Assembly (NCBI GenBank): GCA_964270895.1 | Contig: OZ185444.1 | DNA length: 64,000 nucleotides | Strand: one strand, 5' to 3' | Origin: Podarcis filfolensis | Lineage: Eukaryota | Shown: piece by piece, positions 51,691 through 61,840 of the stretch | Layout: the number at the start of each line of letters is the position of its first letter | How positions within the stretch are numbered: the first letter of the stretch is position 1 | Notes under the pieces: model-generated | The model's database searches: none | Told to the model about the DNA's origin: nothing | What the model saw: only the letters and a program-made list of their open reading frames with translations | Made by a program: the position numbers and the translations under genes

Positions 51691-52323
51691 TGTGGGATGT
51701 GATCCATGAGAGGCAGTCAAGTACAACATTCCTTGTAATGCTAGAGAAGACATGTGAGGGAATGTTTGGTCCAGCGAGTCAAAACTTCCTGTTCCTCCTG
51801 GCTGGAGCATCCTTCCTTTTCCATGTGATAGAAGGTGGGTGTGACCTAACCTGTCCAGGTAACAAAAGGATGAGTCACGCAGCACACTTCCCTCTTTTTG
51901 ACTTCCTTCTTCATTTGACCAGCTTCTAAGAAGGACTGCTCTGCTAGCTCTCAGCTAGCAGAAGCACTGGGATTATTCCCCCATATGGGGTAGATCCACA
52001 TGTACATATTTGTAACTAAGCCTGCCTTCAGGAATCCAGCTCTGAACTGATGTGAGTAAACTTCTTTTATTGACTTTGAATAAGATTGCCGTGTCTTTGT
52101 TCTTTTAAGAGGGATTCAAGGGAACTTACCAGGAACGTACAATTCAATCTGAGACAGACTGAATTGTATAATAGTGAGAGGCTCACACGAGCCTGCAACC
52201 AGCTGTTTGCTGTGCATATAAAAGGGGAGGAATGTAATTCTGCTACATAAAGGAACTTGCTAGCGCAAGGTAGGAATGATATTAATAAACAATATATCCC
52301 CTGCCACCCTGAACATCCCCACA
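51691..52323. mobile_element. Solo LTR, 633 bp
   Basis: TG...CA ends with short inverted termini TGTGGGAT / ATCCCCACA; perfect 5-bp TSD GATAC (51686-51690, 52324-52328); left end repeated at 2130. Confidence 0.72.
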
Positions 52324-54373
52324 GATACTTGATTTTACAGGAGTCTTTCTTTAATTTATTTCCCATGCCGTACCTGCAATTCTCTTGTGATACAATTTTA
52401 GAATGACTTATCTGACTCTGAATTATCCTCTCAGCTACAAACCATCAACATGTCCATGCCAGAACTTTGCCACTCGGTCACAAATGTACAGGAAGCTGAA
52501 ATATACAGGCAGCAAACATTATTTGAATGCTGACATAGCTTCATTATATCCTCTGTTTTCTCAAAGGATTGTGGGTCCTTAGTTGGCAGAAAATATGTTG
52601 TTTGATTCGTTTAGTCTGGCAAGTATTTTCTTCCTCTCCTAGCAAAGTGGATATACAGTTTCCTGGCTGCTAGAATTTTCCTGTGTCCTCTACAATAAAG
52701 TAAAATGCAAAGATCTGGTTTCCTCACTGGCAAAACATTATTTGCCTTCAAGCTTATATTGAAGATCAGATTTTGTACCCAGCGCTGGGTTTTTAGTGTT
52801 CTTTTTGCTGAAAGTGGGAGTTTTATTTTGGTAGCTGGCAAGGAAACATTGTGTCCTTTAGCTGATAGTGGAGATTGGATTCTCATTGACTTTGAAAGAA
52901 ATGTTTTAGTGTTCAGACTTGCCCTGAAGTGCTTAATTTGAAAACAGGCACTCAGGCGAGGAAAAGTTACCACAGTGCATAAAATAATGCAACATGCTAA
53001 TAAAAACTTATTATTAATTTCAGTTCAAGCCCTGCCTTAATAAACTTTATTCCACATAATATATTCTGTTCCTTATCTGCAGTGTACAGAAGATGCTTGG
53101 GGTGTGATTTTTCTTGAAATAAATTACTTTTATTGTACATTATGCATTCTGTTTGTTAAAGAGATTGTTTTAGGTACAGAGAAGAGAATTAAATTTGGTT
53201 TTAAAAACTACTTAACAACTGTTTTGAAAATTACAGATCACCTATGATAACCATACTTTATAACTGGCAAATCATAGCTGTGAATTGGCTTGAAAAGCAA
53301 TCGTGTATGGCATTCAAACATCATTTAACATTCTTACACTTCATTAAATGTACATGTGTTTATCTTTATAATTTGCAAGTTGCCTTATCATATTGCCATA
53401 ATTGGAAATAATGACTATTTTCCTGAACATAGGGAATTTCAATGTACATAATCAAGCCATGACTGTTGAAATAGCAGCATCAACAAGTCAACAGACATTT
53501 TCTTGAATTTCATAAACTCATTTTTCCGTTTCATCAAAATGAATCAATAATAATACTTAACAGGAATAGGATGAATGTACCAAAGAGACAGCTTTTACAA
53601 TCTTTTCAGTCATTTTATTAGTCTTTATGAACTATAAATTGTGAAATTCCCTAAAGCGCTTAGTGATCTGAATGTTTATGTTGCTTATTGCATATTGATT
53701 TCTAACTACTTGATTGTTAAAATTCGTGTGCATTGTTCATGTATACTATTCATTCCTTGATAGTCCCATGCATTCAACTTCGAATAATTGCATCTAGAAG
53801 CAATGTTTCACCTTTTCTGATTATCAATTTTTACCTTTCTTCCAAGTCATATAGAACTGCAGGATTTGAGGAGAGAGTAACTTCTATCAGGAAATGATAA
53901 TGTGATATTCTATTCTTGGAGGGAGGAAGCACATGCTTTGTGTCTTGGAAATATTTTCTCAATTTGATACTATTATACACATAGCTCAAGGTTTAAACAC
54001 CATCTTTATCACTAAGCATTAGATTATCTCCAGCTAATATAGCTGGATAAAAATATTATTCAATTATTCCACAGTACAGAATGCAACATTATTTCTGTGT
54101 CCGCTGAAAATTATTCATGTTAAACTAAGCTAGGAGATATACCTGCTGATTATCTCTTTGGCTGTTGAAAACAGAGAATGTTTCTCTCTTTAGACACTTG
54201 AGGGTTTGCTTTCTATTTTGAGCAAATATCATTTTGAGTCTTAATTAATAACCAAGTCTTAAAAGGGCAGTGCCATCCTTGATTTCATCCCTGTCAAGCA
54301 TAAACTGTGTGTGTGACTAAAAGATTCGGAAATCAAAGATGGATAAGAAGTTGGCCACGAATCATTCTTACTA

Positions 54374-54409
54374 AAACAAACAAACAAACAAACAAACAAA
54401 CAAACAAAC
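54374..54409. repeat. (AAAC)n microsatellite
   Basis: Read directly from the sequence. Confidence 0.95.
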
Positions 54410-54531
54410 CAGAACAAACAACATTTTCAATGTAAATGTTTACTGTAGTTATTTTTTTGCAGAAAAAGAAACCAAATGTTGTGTCCATGGCAAGCTTCTT
54501 CAAGAGCTGCCATATTACTGTTTGTTTAAGG

Positions 54532-54666
54532 CAGGCGTGGCCAAACTTGGCGCTCCAGATATTTTGGGACTACAATTCCCATCACCCCGACCGCTGGTTC
54601 TGTTAGCTAGGGATGATGGGAGTTGTAGTCCCAAAACATCTGGAGGGGCAAATTTGGCCATGCCTG
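54532..54666. mobile_element. Palindromic hAT-type MITE (related to the 30245 copy)
   Basis: CAGGCGTGGCCAAA / TTTGGCCATGCCTG; perfect 8-bp TSD GTTTAAGG (54524-54531, 54667-54674). Confidence 0.92.
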
Positions 54667-55799
54667 GTTTAAGGGCTGCAGACACCACTCCACCATGTAG
54701 AGACCACACCTGAACCCATCTGTCAGGTCCCCTGAGAAGCTTTCACCGGCAAGGATGGGCAGGGGTCAAGAGAACATGAAACTGTACTAAATAAGCTTTT
54801 GGACATTTGAGTCTGAAATTTACTGGGGGTACTCAATTACTCTTGGCTAAACCATCTAGGGTACCTTAGTTATAAAAGCATTGATAAATCTTGCTCCATT
54901 TGGAATAAAGACAGCTTCTTCCATGCCTTGAGATCTGCGTGGAAGAAAATACATGTGAAAAAAACCTTAATTGTTCAGGTCCCCCCCCCCCATCTTGCCC
55001 TGTCTTTTGAATCACCCTGATGATGGTTTGACCAGTCAGAGCATTTAAAGGATTTAAATACAGATATTAGAGGAGGCTAAATTTTTTAAAGATGTACCGG
55101 AAGCCAGGATTTTCTCTCTGATGAGCTAGTGAAGTATTTCTACTTCATGATTGTTCTGTTCAGATTCTTTGGAGAGACATTATCCTTTCTATTTTTAAAC
55201 TAAACGAAATGCACATGCAAATCAGCAGCAGATTTGCCTAATGCACACTTAACACATTTGATCATTAGGTAGAACAGTCAGTCTCAAATATTCACAGGAT
55301 CAGATTTCTTGTGCCTTTACATTTTGGTGTGTGCTGAGCGAGAGCACGCTAATGAAGCATTATCTTAATTGTGCTAATGCAATAGATTCTCATGCCGTCT
55401 CACAGTATATTTTTCAAGCTTTGCAATAATTATCAAATAGCTTTTCATATTTGACCTATTTTTTAAAAGATCTTAAAAGCTATGCTTTAAGAACAATGTC
55501 TTAGTGTTCTCTAGGCATTGAGACCAAAGTTGATTCCAATTTCCATTCACATCATACATTTTTTTCTAACATCAAAAGCAGATAATTCACATTAGCATCA
55601 GATACTTACTGGTACAATATCATTTAAAAAAATAAAATGGAATAATTACTCTTTAGAATAAAGCTTGGAGGAGAGGCTCATAATTTGCACATTTTTCATG
55701 TTTTAATTTAAGGAAAGAGAGGAACAAGCTCTTGCTCGATGGTCCAGTCAAGGGGTTGCATCCAGTGGTGGCCTTGCCTTTGTGGGACACTTGGTTTTG

Positions 55800-55946
55800 A
55801 GATGGCTCAGTCTGTAGAGCATGAGACTCTTAATCGCAGAGTTGTGGGTTCAAGTCCCACATTGGGCAAAAGATTCCTGCACTGCAGGCGGTTGGACTAG
55901 ATGACCTTCATGTTCCCTTCTAACTCTACAGTTCTATGATTCGATT
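55800..55946 (+). mobile_element. tRNA-Lys(CTT)-derived SINE with CR1-type tail
   Basis: GCTCAGTCTGTAGAGCATGAGACTCTTAATC..GTGGGTTCAAGTCCCACATTGGGC closely follows tRNA-Lys(CTT) with CpG-type decay; the 5' acceptor strand is missing. Followed by GTTGGACTAGATGA..CCCTTCTAACTCTACAGTTCTATGATT. Confidence 0.8.
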
Positions 55947-56087
55947 ATTTTCTTCTACTCACGTAAGCCTTCTGTCCTCCTCCAAAGCTGCTCTTGAAGC
56001 CTGTGTGTGTGTGTTTGTGCGCATGCATACATACATGCCCATCTGGAACAGAATGAGATATAGCATGGAGGGCTGCAGTATTTAGTA

Positions 56088-56411
56088 AAGGTAAAGGTAA
56101 ACGGACCCCTGACCATTAGGTCCAGTCGTGTCCGACTCTGGGGTTGCGGCGCTCATCTCGCTTTATTGGCCGAGGGAGCCGGCATGCAGCTTCCGGGTCA
56201 TGTGGCCAGCATGACTAAGCCGCTTCTGGAGAACCAGAGCAGTGCACGGAAACACCATTTACCTCCCTGCCGGACGTGCTTTCAGACTTCTAGGTTGGCA
56301 GGAGCAGGGACCGAGCAACGGGAGCTCACCCTGTCACTGGGATTCGAACCGCCGACCTTCTGATCGGCAAGTCCTAGGCTCTGTGGTTTAACCCACCGCA
56401 CCACCGGCGCC
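56088..56411 (-). mobile_element. Sauria SINE with an internal deletion
   Basis: 15-bp TSD CTGCAGTATTTAGTA (56073-56087, 56412-56426). Confidence 0.95.
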
Positions 56412-56520
56412 CTGCAGTATTTAGTAGGGATCAGCAAAAACTGGTGCTTCTTTCTATGTAGAGAGATAACAGTTACGCCTCTCATGTATTTCACCTTTTA
56501 GGGATGGAATATTGATTTAG

Positions 56521-56809
56521 ACCCAATCGCCTTCTCAATCCGGCCCGCGGACGGTTCGGGAATCAGCGTGTTTTTACATGAGTAGAATATGTCCTTTTAT
56601 TTAAAATGCATCTCTGGGTTATTTGTGGGGCCTGCCTTGTTTTTTTTACATGAGTAGAATGTGCGCTTTTATTTAAAATGCATCTCTGGGTTATTTGTGG
56701 GGCATAGATATTCGTTCATTATTATTTTTTCAAAATATAGTCCACCCCCCGCCACAAGGTCTGAGGGACAGTGGACTGGCCCCCTGCTGAAAAAGTTTGC
56801 TGACCGCTG
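56521..56809 (+). mobile_element. hAT-type non-autonomous element, 5'-truncated
   Basis: Homologous to 60759-61072, with the same internal ~60-bp tandem unit. Confidence 0.8.
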
Positions 56810-56977
56810 CTGTACACTAAGACTATCACAGGCCAAGTAAAAGTTTTGCTAACTCTCTGTTAGTTTTCCAGCAAGGGCCCCTCTCATATACATTAGTGGC
56901 TGCCAGGCACTCCTATAGGGAAAAGTAAAAGGCTGAAGTTGAATATCCAGACCCTATGCGGAAAAGCTTTCCCAATA

Positions 56978-57238
56978 CAGTGGTACCTCGGGTTACATAC
57001 ACTTCAGGTTACATATGCTTCAGGTTACATATGCTTCAGGTTACAGACTCCGCTAACCCAGAAATAGTGCTTCAGGTTAAGAACTTTGCTTCAGGATGAG
57101 AACAGAAATCGTGCTCTGGCGGCGCGGCAGCAGCAGCAGGAGGCCCCATTAGCTAAAGTGGTGCTTCAGGTTAAGAACAGTTTCAGGTTAAGAACAGACC
57201 TCCAGAACAAATTAAGTACTTAACCTGAGGTACCACTG
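56978..57238. mobile_element. pogo/Tigger-like MITE
   Basis: TA|CAGTGGTACCTCGG ... CTGAGGTACCACTG|TA. Confidence 0.92.
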
Positions 57239-58566
57239 TAGTGGCAACATGTAATCACATGGGAAAATGCCCTAGGCTTCATTGCATTGTCCATCATAAG
57301 AAGTGGCATTTTGCTAGTTTATGCATACATCTGTGTATACGGCAGACTTCTAAATAGCTACTTATTGGCAACAAACATTCTTTCTTTCTTTCTTTATTAT
57401 TATTATTAATTAAATTGTATCCTGCCTCAAAAGAGCTGAGGGCAACAAATACCAAAGTAGTGAAACATTACAATTTATAAAAAGTGAGCAAATGGGAGAG
57501 GGGTATTTTTCCCAGTGGTTGCCATACCAAAAAATGTTCCCTTGCATTGGTATGCATCAACAAACGATCTTGGAAAAAGTTTTGTGGGCTGTTACTATTA
57601 AATGGAAGTATTTCCAGAGAGAGAGGAGTTTAATTGATTGTGGTAATGTTAAGACTATGGAGTTTTTGAGCGGTGTTCAGAGGGACCCTGAGGTTCATTG
57701 AAAGCTTATAAGGGTGTTTTTCAAATACGTTTATGTTTGGGTTTGTCAAGAAAATGTAAGTCGTCTATTTTACGGAAGTCATCTCGAATAGCGCTGAGTG
57801 CCAATAGAATGACAAAGTGTTTACTATATTATTCCAGCAAAGTACTAATCATGTGCTAAAGAGTGACATTGAAGCCTGCAGTTTGTGATTTCTAATGCAT
57901 GTCAAGATCTTCATTAATATGCACATTAATGGAGCATAATTGACTGTAAGCCAGATGGACAGTGGTAAAATACTTAATAACGAACCTCTTCAATGCAGTA
58001 TTTGCTGCCTCAAGGAGAACAATAAAAGCATCCACATTTCCTTTAATGTCATTCAATAAAATGCTGGCATATTAGCAAGCAAAATGATCGTGTTGTGCAA
58101 GGTCTTTAAAGATTTGGCGAAGTGAAATCCATTAAGCCATAAATTGCTGGAGTGCAAGAGTTTACCAAGAGAGAGCAGAGGAACGTATCTATACCTTATG
58201 ACTGTTGCATATATTTATTTATTTATTTAAAAAAGAGAAACAATTAGTACTGCAGATGGCAATGTGAGAGGATAAGGAAATAATTTCTTCAGCTAGGAAA
58301 ATAACAAGTCATTATGAGCTGAGCCCAACGGTCTCCAGGTTTGGGCCTAGCTCATAACCAGCATGTCAGGAATCAGCTAATCTTAGTACTCAATCCATTA
58401 TCTCGGGTGTGTTGGGGTGTGTGTGAATATATTAGAACAATATTCACTCTAATGCCAATCCTGTTAGTATCGGGATAAAGCTTTTTTACACTTTGAGAAG
58501 TCTATAATTGTTTTCAGCTTTCAATTTATGACCTTTACTGCTAGAGTGCATAGTAGATGTTAGCAT

Positions 58567-58568
<2 letters not shown>

Positions 58569-58617
<49 letters not shown>

Positions 58618-59100
58618 ATACCGCTCATCTGACTGGGCAGCTCCCAACAAAATATTAAAAACACAGTGAAACACCAACCGTTAAAAACTCCCCTGCCTTC
58701 AGATGTCTTCTAAAGGTTATGTAGTTACTCATCTTCCTGACATCTAATAGGAGGGGATTCCATAAGGAGGGCGCCACTACCGAGAAGGCCCTTTGCCTGG
58801 TTCCCTGTAGTTTCACATCTCACAGTGAGGGAAACACCTAAAGGCCATCAGAGCTGGATCTCTGTGTCTGGGCTGGATGATGGAGTGGAGATGTTCCTTC
58901 AGGTATACAGGGCCGAGGCCTTTTAGGGCTTTCAAAGTCAACAGAAACACTTTGAATTGGGCCCGTAAACGTACTGGGAGCCAGTGTAGATACCTTAGGA
59001 CCAGTGTTATATGGTCCCAGCAGATGCTCCCAGTCACCAGTCTAGCTACTGCATTCTGGATTAGCTGTAGTATCTGAGTCACCTCCAAAGGTAGCTCCAC
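58569..59100 (-). mobile_element. L2 LINE 3' fragment with simple-repeat tail
   Basis: ORF 58813-59100: LQLIQNAVARLVTG..HITLVLRYLHWLPVRLRAQFKVFLLTLKALKGLGPVYLKEHL. Confidence 0.88.
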
Positions 59101-59394
59101 ATAGGGTGCATTGCATTAAGTAGTATGCCAACAAGTTATGTGGGGACTGCATTCTAGAATCGCACCTAAAGCCAAAATCATGTTTAGTCAAAGCCCATTG
59201 GGTTCTATGGTACACGGAATTGCCAAAGTCATTTTCCCCAGAATCCCACCCCTTCCTACCCTCTTTTGAATTTATTTTATTTTTTTGCCACATGTATAAA
59301 GCTGAATGAGCACAAATTGAATGCACATAATTTGTGGGCATACTGCCGTAACTATGGAGTAACCTGATAGGAAGCCCGTGCTGGTATTCCTGAT

Positions 59395-60219
59395 AAATCG
59401 TGTACTCCATCATGGAGAGCACGCATTGCAGTGAGATCATCAGAACTGCCTCCATGTTGTGGGGCGGGACCATTCGAATAGCCACATCACCCCATTGGAT
59501 ACCCCTTGGTTGCTGGGGCAGAAATTTGGCCGGTTGGGTTGTTTATTGGCTGCCAAGGGGCTATTTAAGCTGCTGCACGTCGCTGGGAACTTTCTCTTTC
59601 TTGCAATGTACACCGGATTACCCTCCCTCCTTATATTTAGGGCTTTTCTTTTGGCCTTGCTATGCCTATCTAGGGGTCGTCAGTTTTGAAGCAGGGGCCC
59701 ATTAGGAATTTTGCCATTTGGCTGATTAGCTGTTGTCATTTGGTTTTTGCCCACCATGTAGCAAATCATCACAACTTTGTAAAGTTGGCGGTTAGGCATT
59801 GGTTCAATGTTTTTCGGGGGGGGGGGGGAGTCGTTGGCTGTGCCTGCCCCTCCATTGCTGCTGCTAGGGAATTCCGTTAAAGGAATCCAGGGGCTCGCCT
59901 TGCTTTTGTCCGAACCCTGTCATGGGGCTATGTCCACGCTAGAGTCCCTGGGAGCATCTGGGGTGAGCTGTGAGAGTGAAGCCAACTTTGTGTTCCCCCA
60001 GAATGCTTTCCCTTACTGACCTCTGGTGATGCCCAGTTATCAGTCCTGTTCCTGCCACTGTACAGGTTCAGGTAGTCTGGAACCATGCCTAAGCAACCAC
60101 TCTCATGCCATAACCAATAAAGTTGGGGCCAAACATTATTACTCAAAACCTTAAACTAAAATTCTTTGTCTATTGTGTATTTATTTGGGGGATGATTTTG
60201 GGGGTCTTCACACACAACG
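59395..60219 (+). mobile_element. LTR-like element, copy C (diverged subfamily, same strand as TAFA5)
   Basis: Homologous to the reverse complements of copies A/B at both ends and internally (GCCTTGCTATGCCT..GGGGTCGTC..AGGAATTTTG); AATAAA at 60116-60121. Confidence 0.75.
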
Positions 60220-60758
60220 GAGTCTTTATTCCTTCATGCTGCATATTTATTTATTTGAAATATTATATTCTGTTGTTCATTATCAAATTAAAACAGAATG
60301 TATTACAACAACAGTAACTCAAAGCAGAAATAAAGCAGCCATAGTAGAAAAATACAAAAAAGAAACATATTACTGAAAGCTAGGTATTAAAATCAGCAGC
60401 TGTTTGACAAAAATGAAATTAACAGATGGCAAAACAATTAAGGTTGGCACCGGGTCCTGCCCACCCATGAGGCGTGAGGTGAGGCAGCTGCCTTGGATGA
60501 CAGACTCTGGAAAGTTGGGAGGCGTCTTTGAACCCATCAGCTGCCACTGTCATCACTGCGTCTCACGCTTCCCTAAGAGAGGGAAATGCAGAGACTGTGA
60601 GCCAACCCCCTTGGGTAAGAACTGCCCTGGCGATAAGGGGAGAGTGAAGATGGGCATGGGGAGGGGGGAAGACTAAAGATTTCTCCCCCCGTTGCTTGTT
60701 TCCCATACTTATCTTCACCCCCCTTTGTTTTCCGTGCTAATGTGAACATAGCCCAAGT

Positions 60759-61072
60759 CATGGGTAGGCAAACTAAGGCCTGGGGGCTGGATCCAGCCCA
60801 GTGGCTTCTAAATCCAGCCCGCGGACAGTCCAGGAATCAGCGTGTTTTTACATGAGTATAATTTTTCCTTTTACTTAAAATGCATCTCTGGGTTATTTGT
60901 GGGGCCTGCCTGGTGTTTTTACATGAGTAGATTGTGTCCTTTTATTTAAAATGCATCTCTGGGTTATTTGTGGGGCACAGGAATTCGTTCTTTTTCAAAA
61001 TATAGTCTGGCCCCCCACAAGGTCTGAGGGACAGTGAACCGGCCCCCTGCTGAAAAAGTTTGCTGACCCCTG
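60759..61072 (+). mobile_element. Full-length hAT-type non-autonomous element
   Basis: Termini CATGGGTAGGCAAACT / AGTTTGCTGACCCCTG; TSD GCCCAAGT / GCCTAAGT (7/8). Confidence 0.88.
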
Positions 61073-61528
61073 GCCTAAGTCATACCCAGACTAGTTCCAC
61101 TGAAACCAGTGGACTTAAGACAGTAATGTCCAATGATTCTCAGCGGGTCCATTCAGAATATCACTTAGCCACATACAACCTACTGAGATTTATTTTGAAA
61201 CTTTATCAATGGGCACCTGCTTTTTTCCTTGGCGGTCTGTTACTACTGGCAGTGGTTGCTATATCAATGTAGTGAGTTTGTACCACCTTGTGCCATTGAA
61301 GAAGGCAGGACCTTGTCTTGATAACTTTATCTGGATTAGGAGGACTCATGCCAGATAACTGAGGGCATAATCAAGTTGCATTCCTGGGTTGATGTAAACC
61401 AATTCAGTGTGCTTTTGTGTGGTGCTGGGGATCTATTGTTGTGGTGACTAACTACAAAGTGTATAAAATTGTGCACTATCCCCCATGGGCAAAATTTTCA
61501 ACTCCTGTGATTAAGTCTTGTGAGACTG

Positions 61529-61674
61529 CAGTGGCGTAGCGTGGGGGGTGCAGGGGGGCCCGGCCGCACCGGGCGCAACATCTGGGGGTTAGGGTTAGGG
61601 GGCGCAAATCCACGGGTTAGGGGTGCAAATTACTTGTCTTGCCCCGGGTTCTGACAACCCACGCTACGCCATTG
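61529..61674. mobile_element. GC-rich hAT-type MITE carrying TTAGGG units
   Basis: TIRs CAGTGGCGTAGCGTGGG / CCCACGCTACGCCATTG; perfect 8-bp TSD TGAGACTG (61521-61528, 61675-61682). Confidence 0.92.
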
Positions 61675-61840
61675 TGAGACTGATTCATTCCCACTTAATT
61701 TAAGTGTGTATTAAGGGCTTACATGCCCAACTGGGATTGTACCCTTGTGAGAACTAACATTCTGATATGGCAGGATTTTCATTGCCCTACCACCGTATCT
61801 GCATAAAAGGGCTAGGTTAGAAGCAATACATTGGGGCTTC

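Noticed and set aside
55800-55870. Functional tRNA-Lys(CTT) gene
   Set aside because: The 5' acceptor strand is lost, it has multiple CpG-type substitutions, and it is fused to a CR1-like tail, so it is a SINE.
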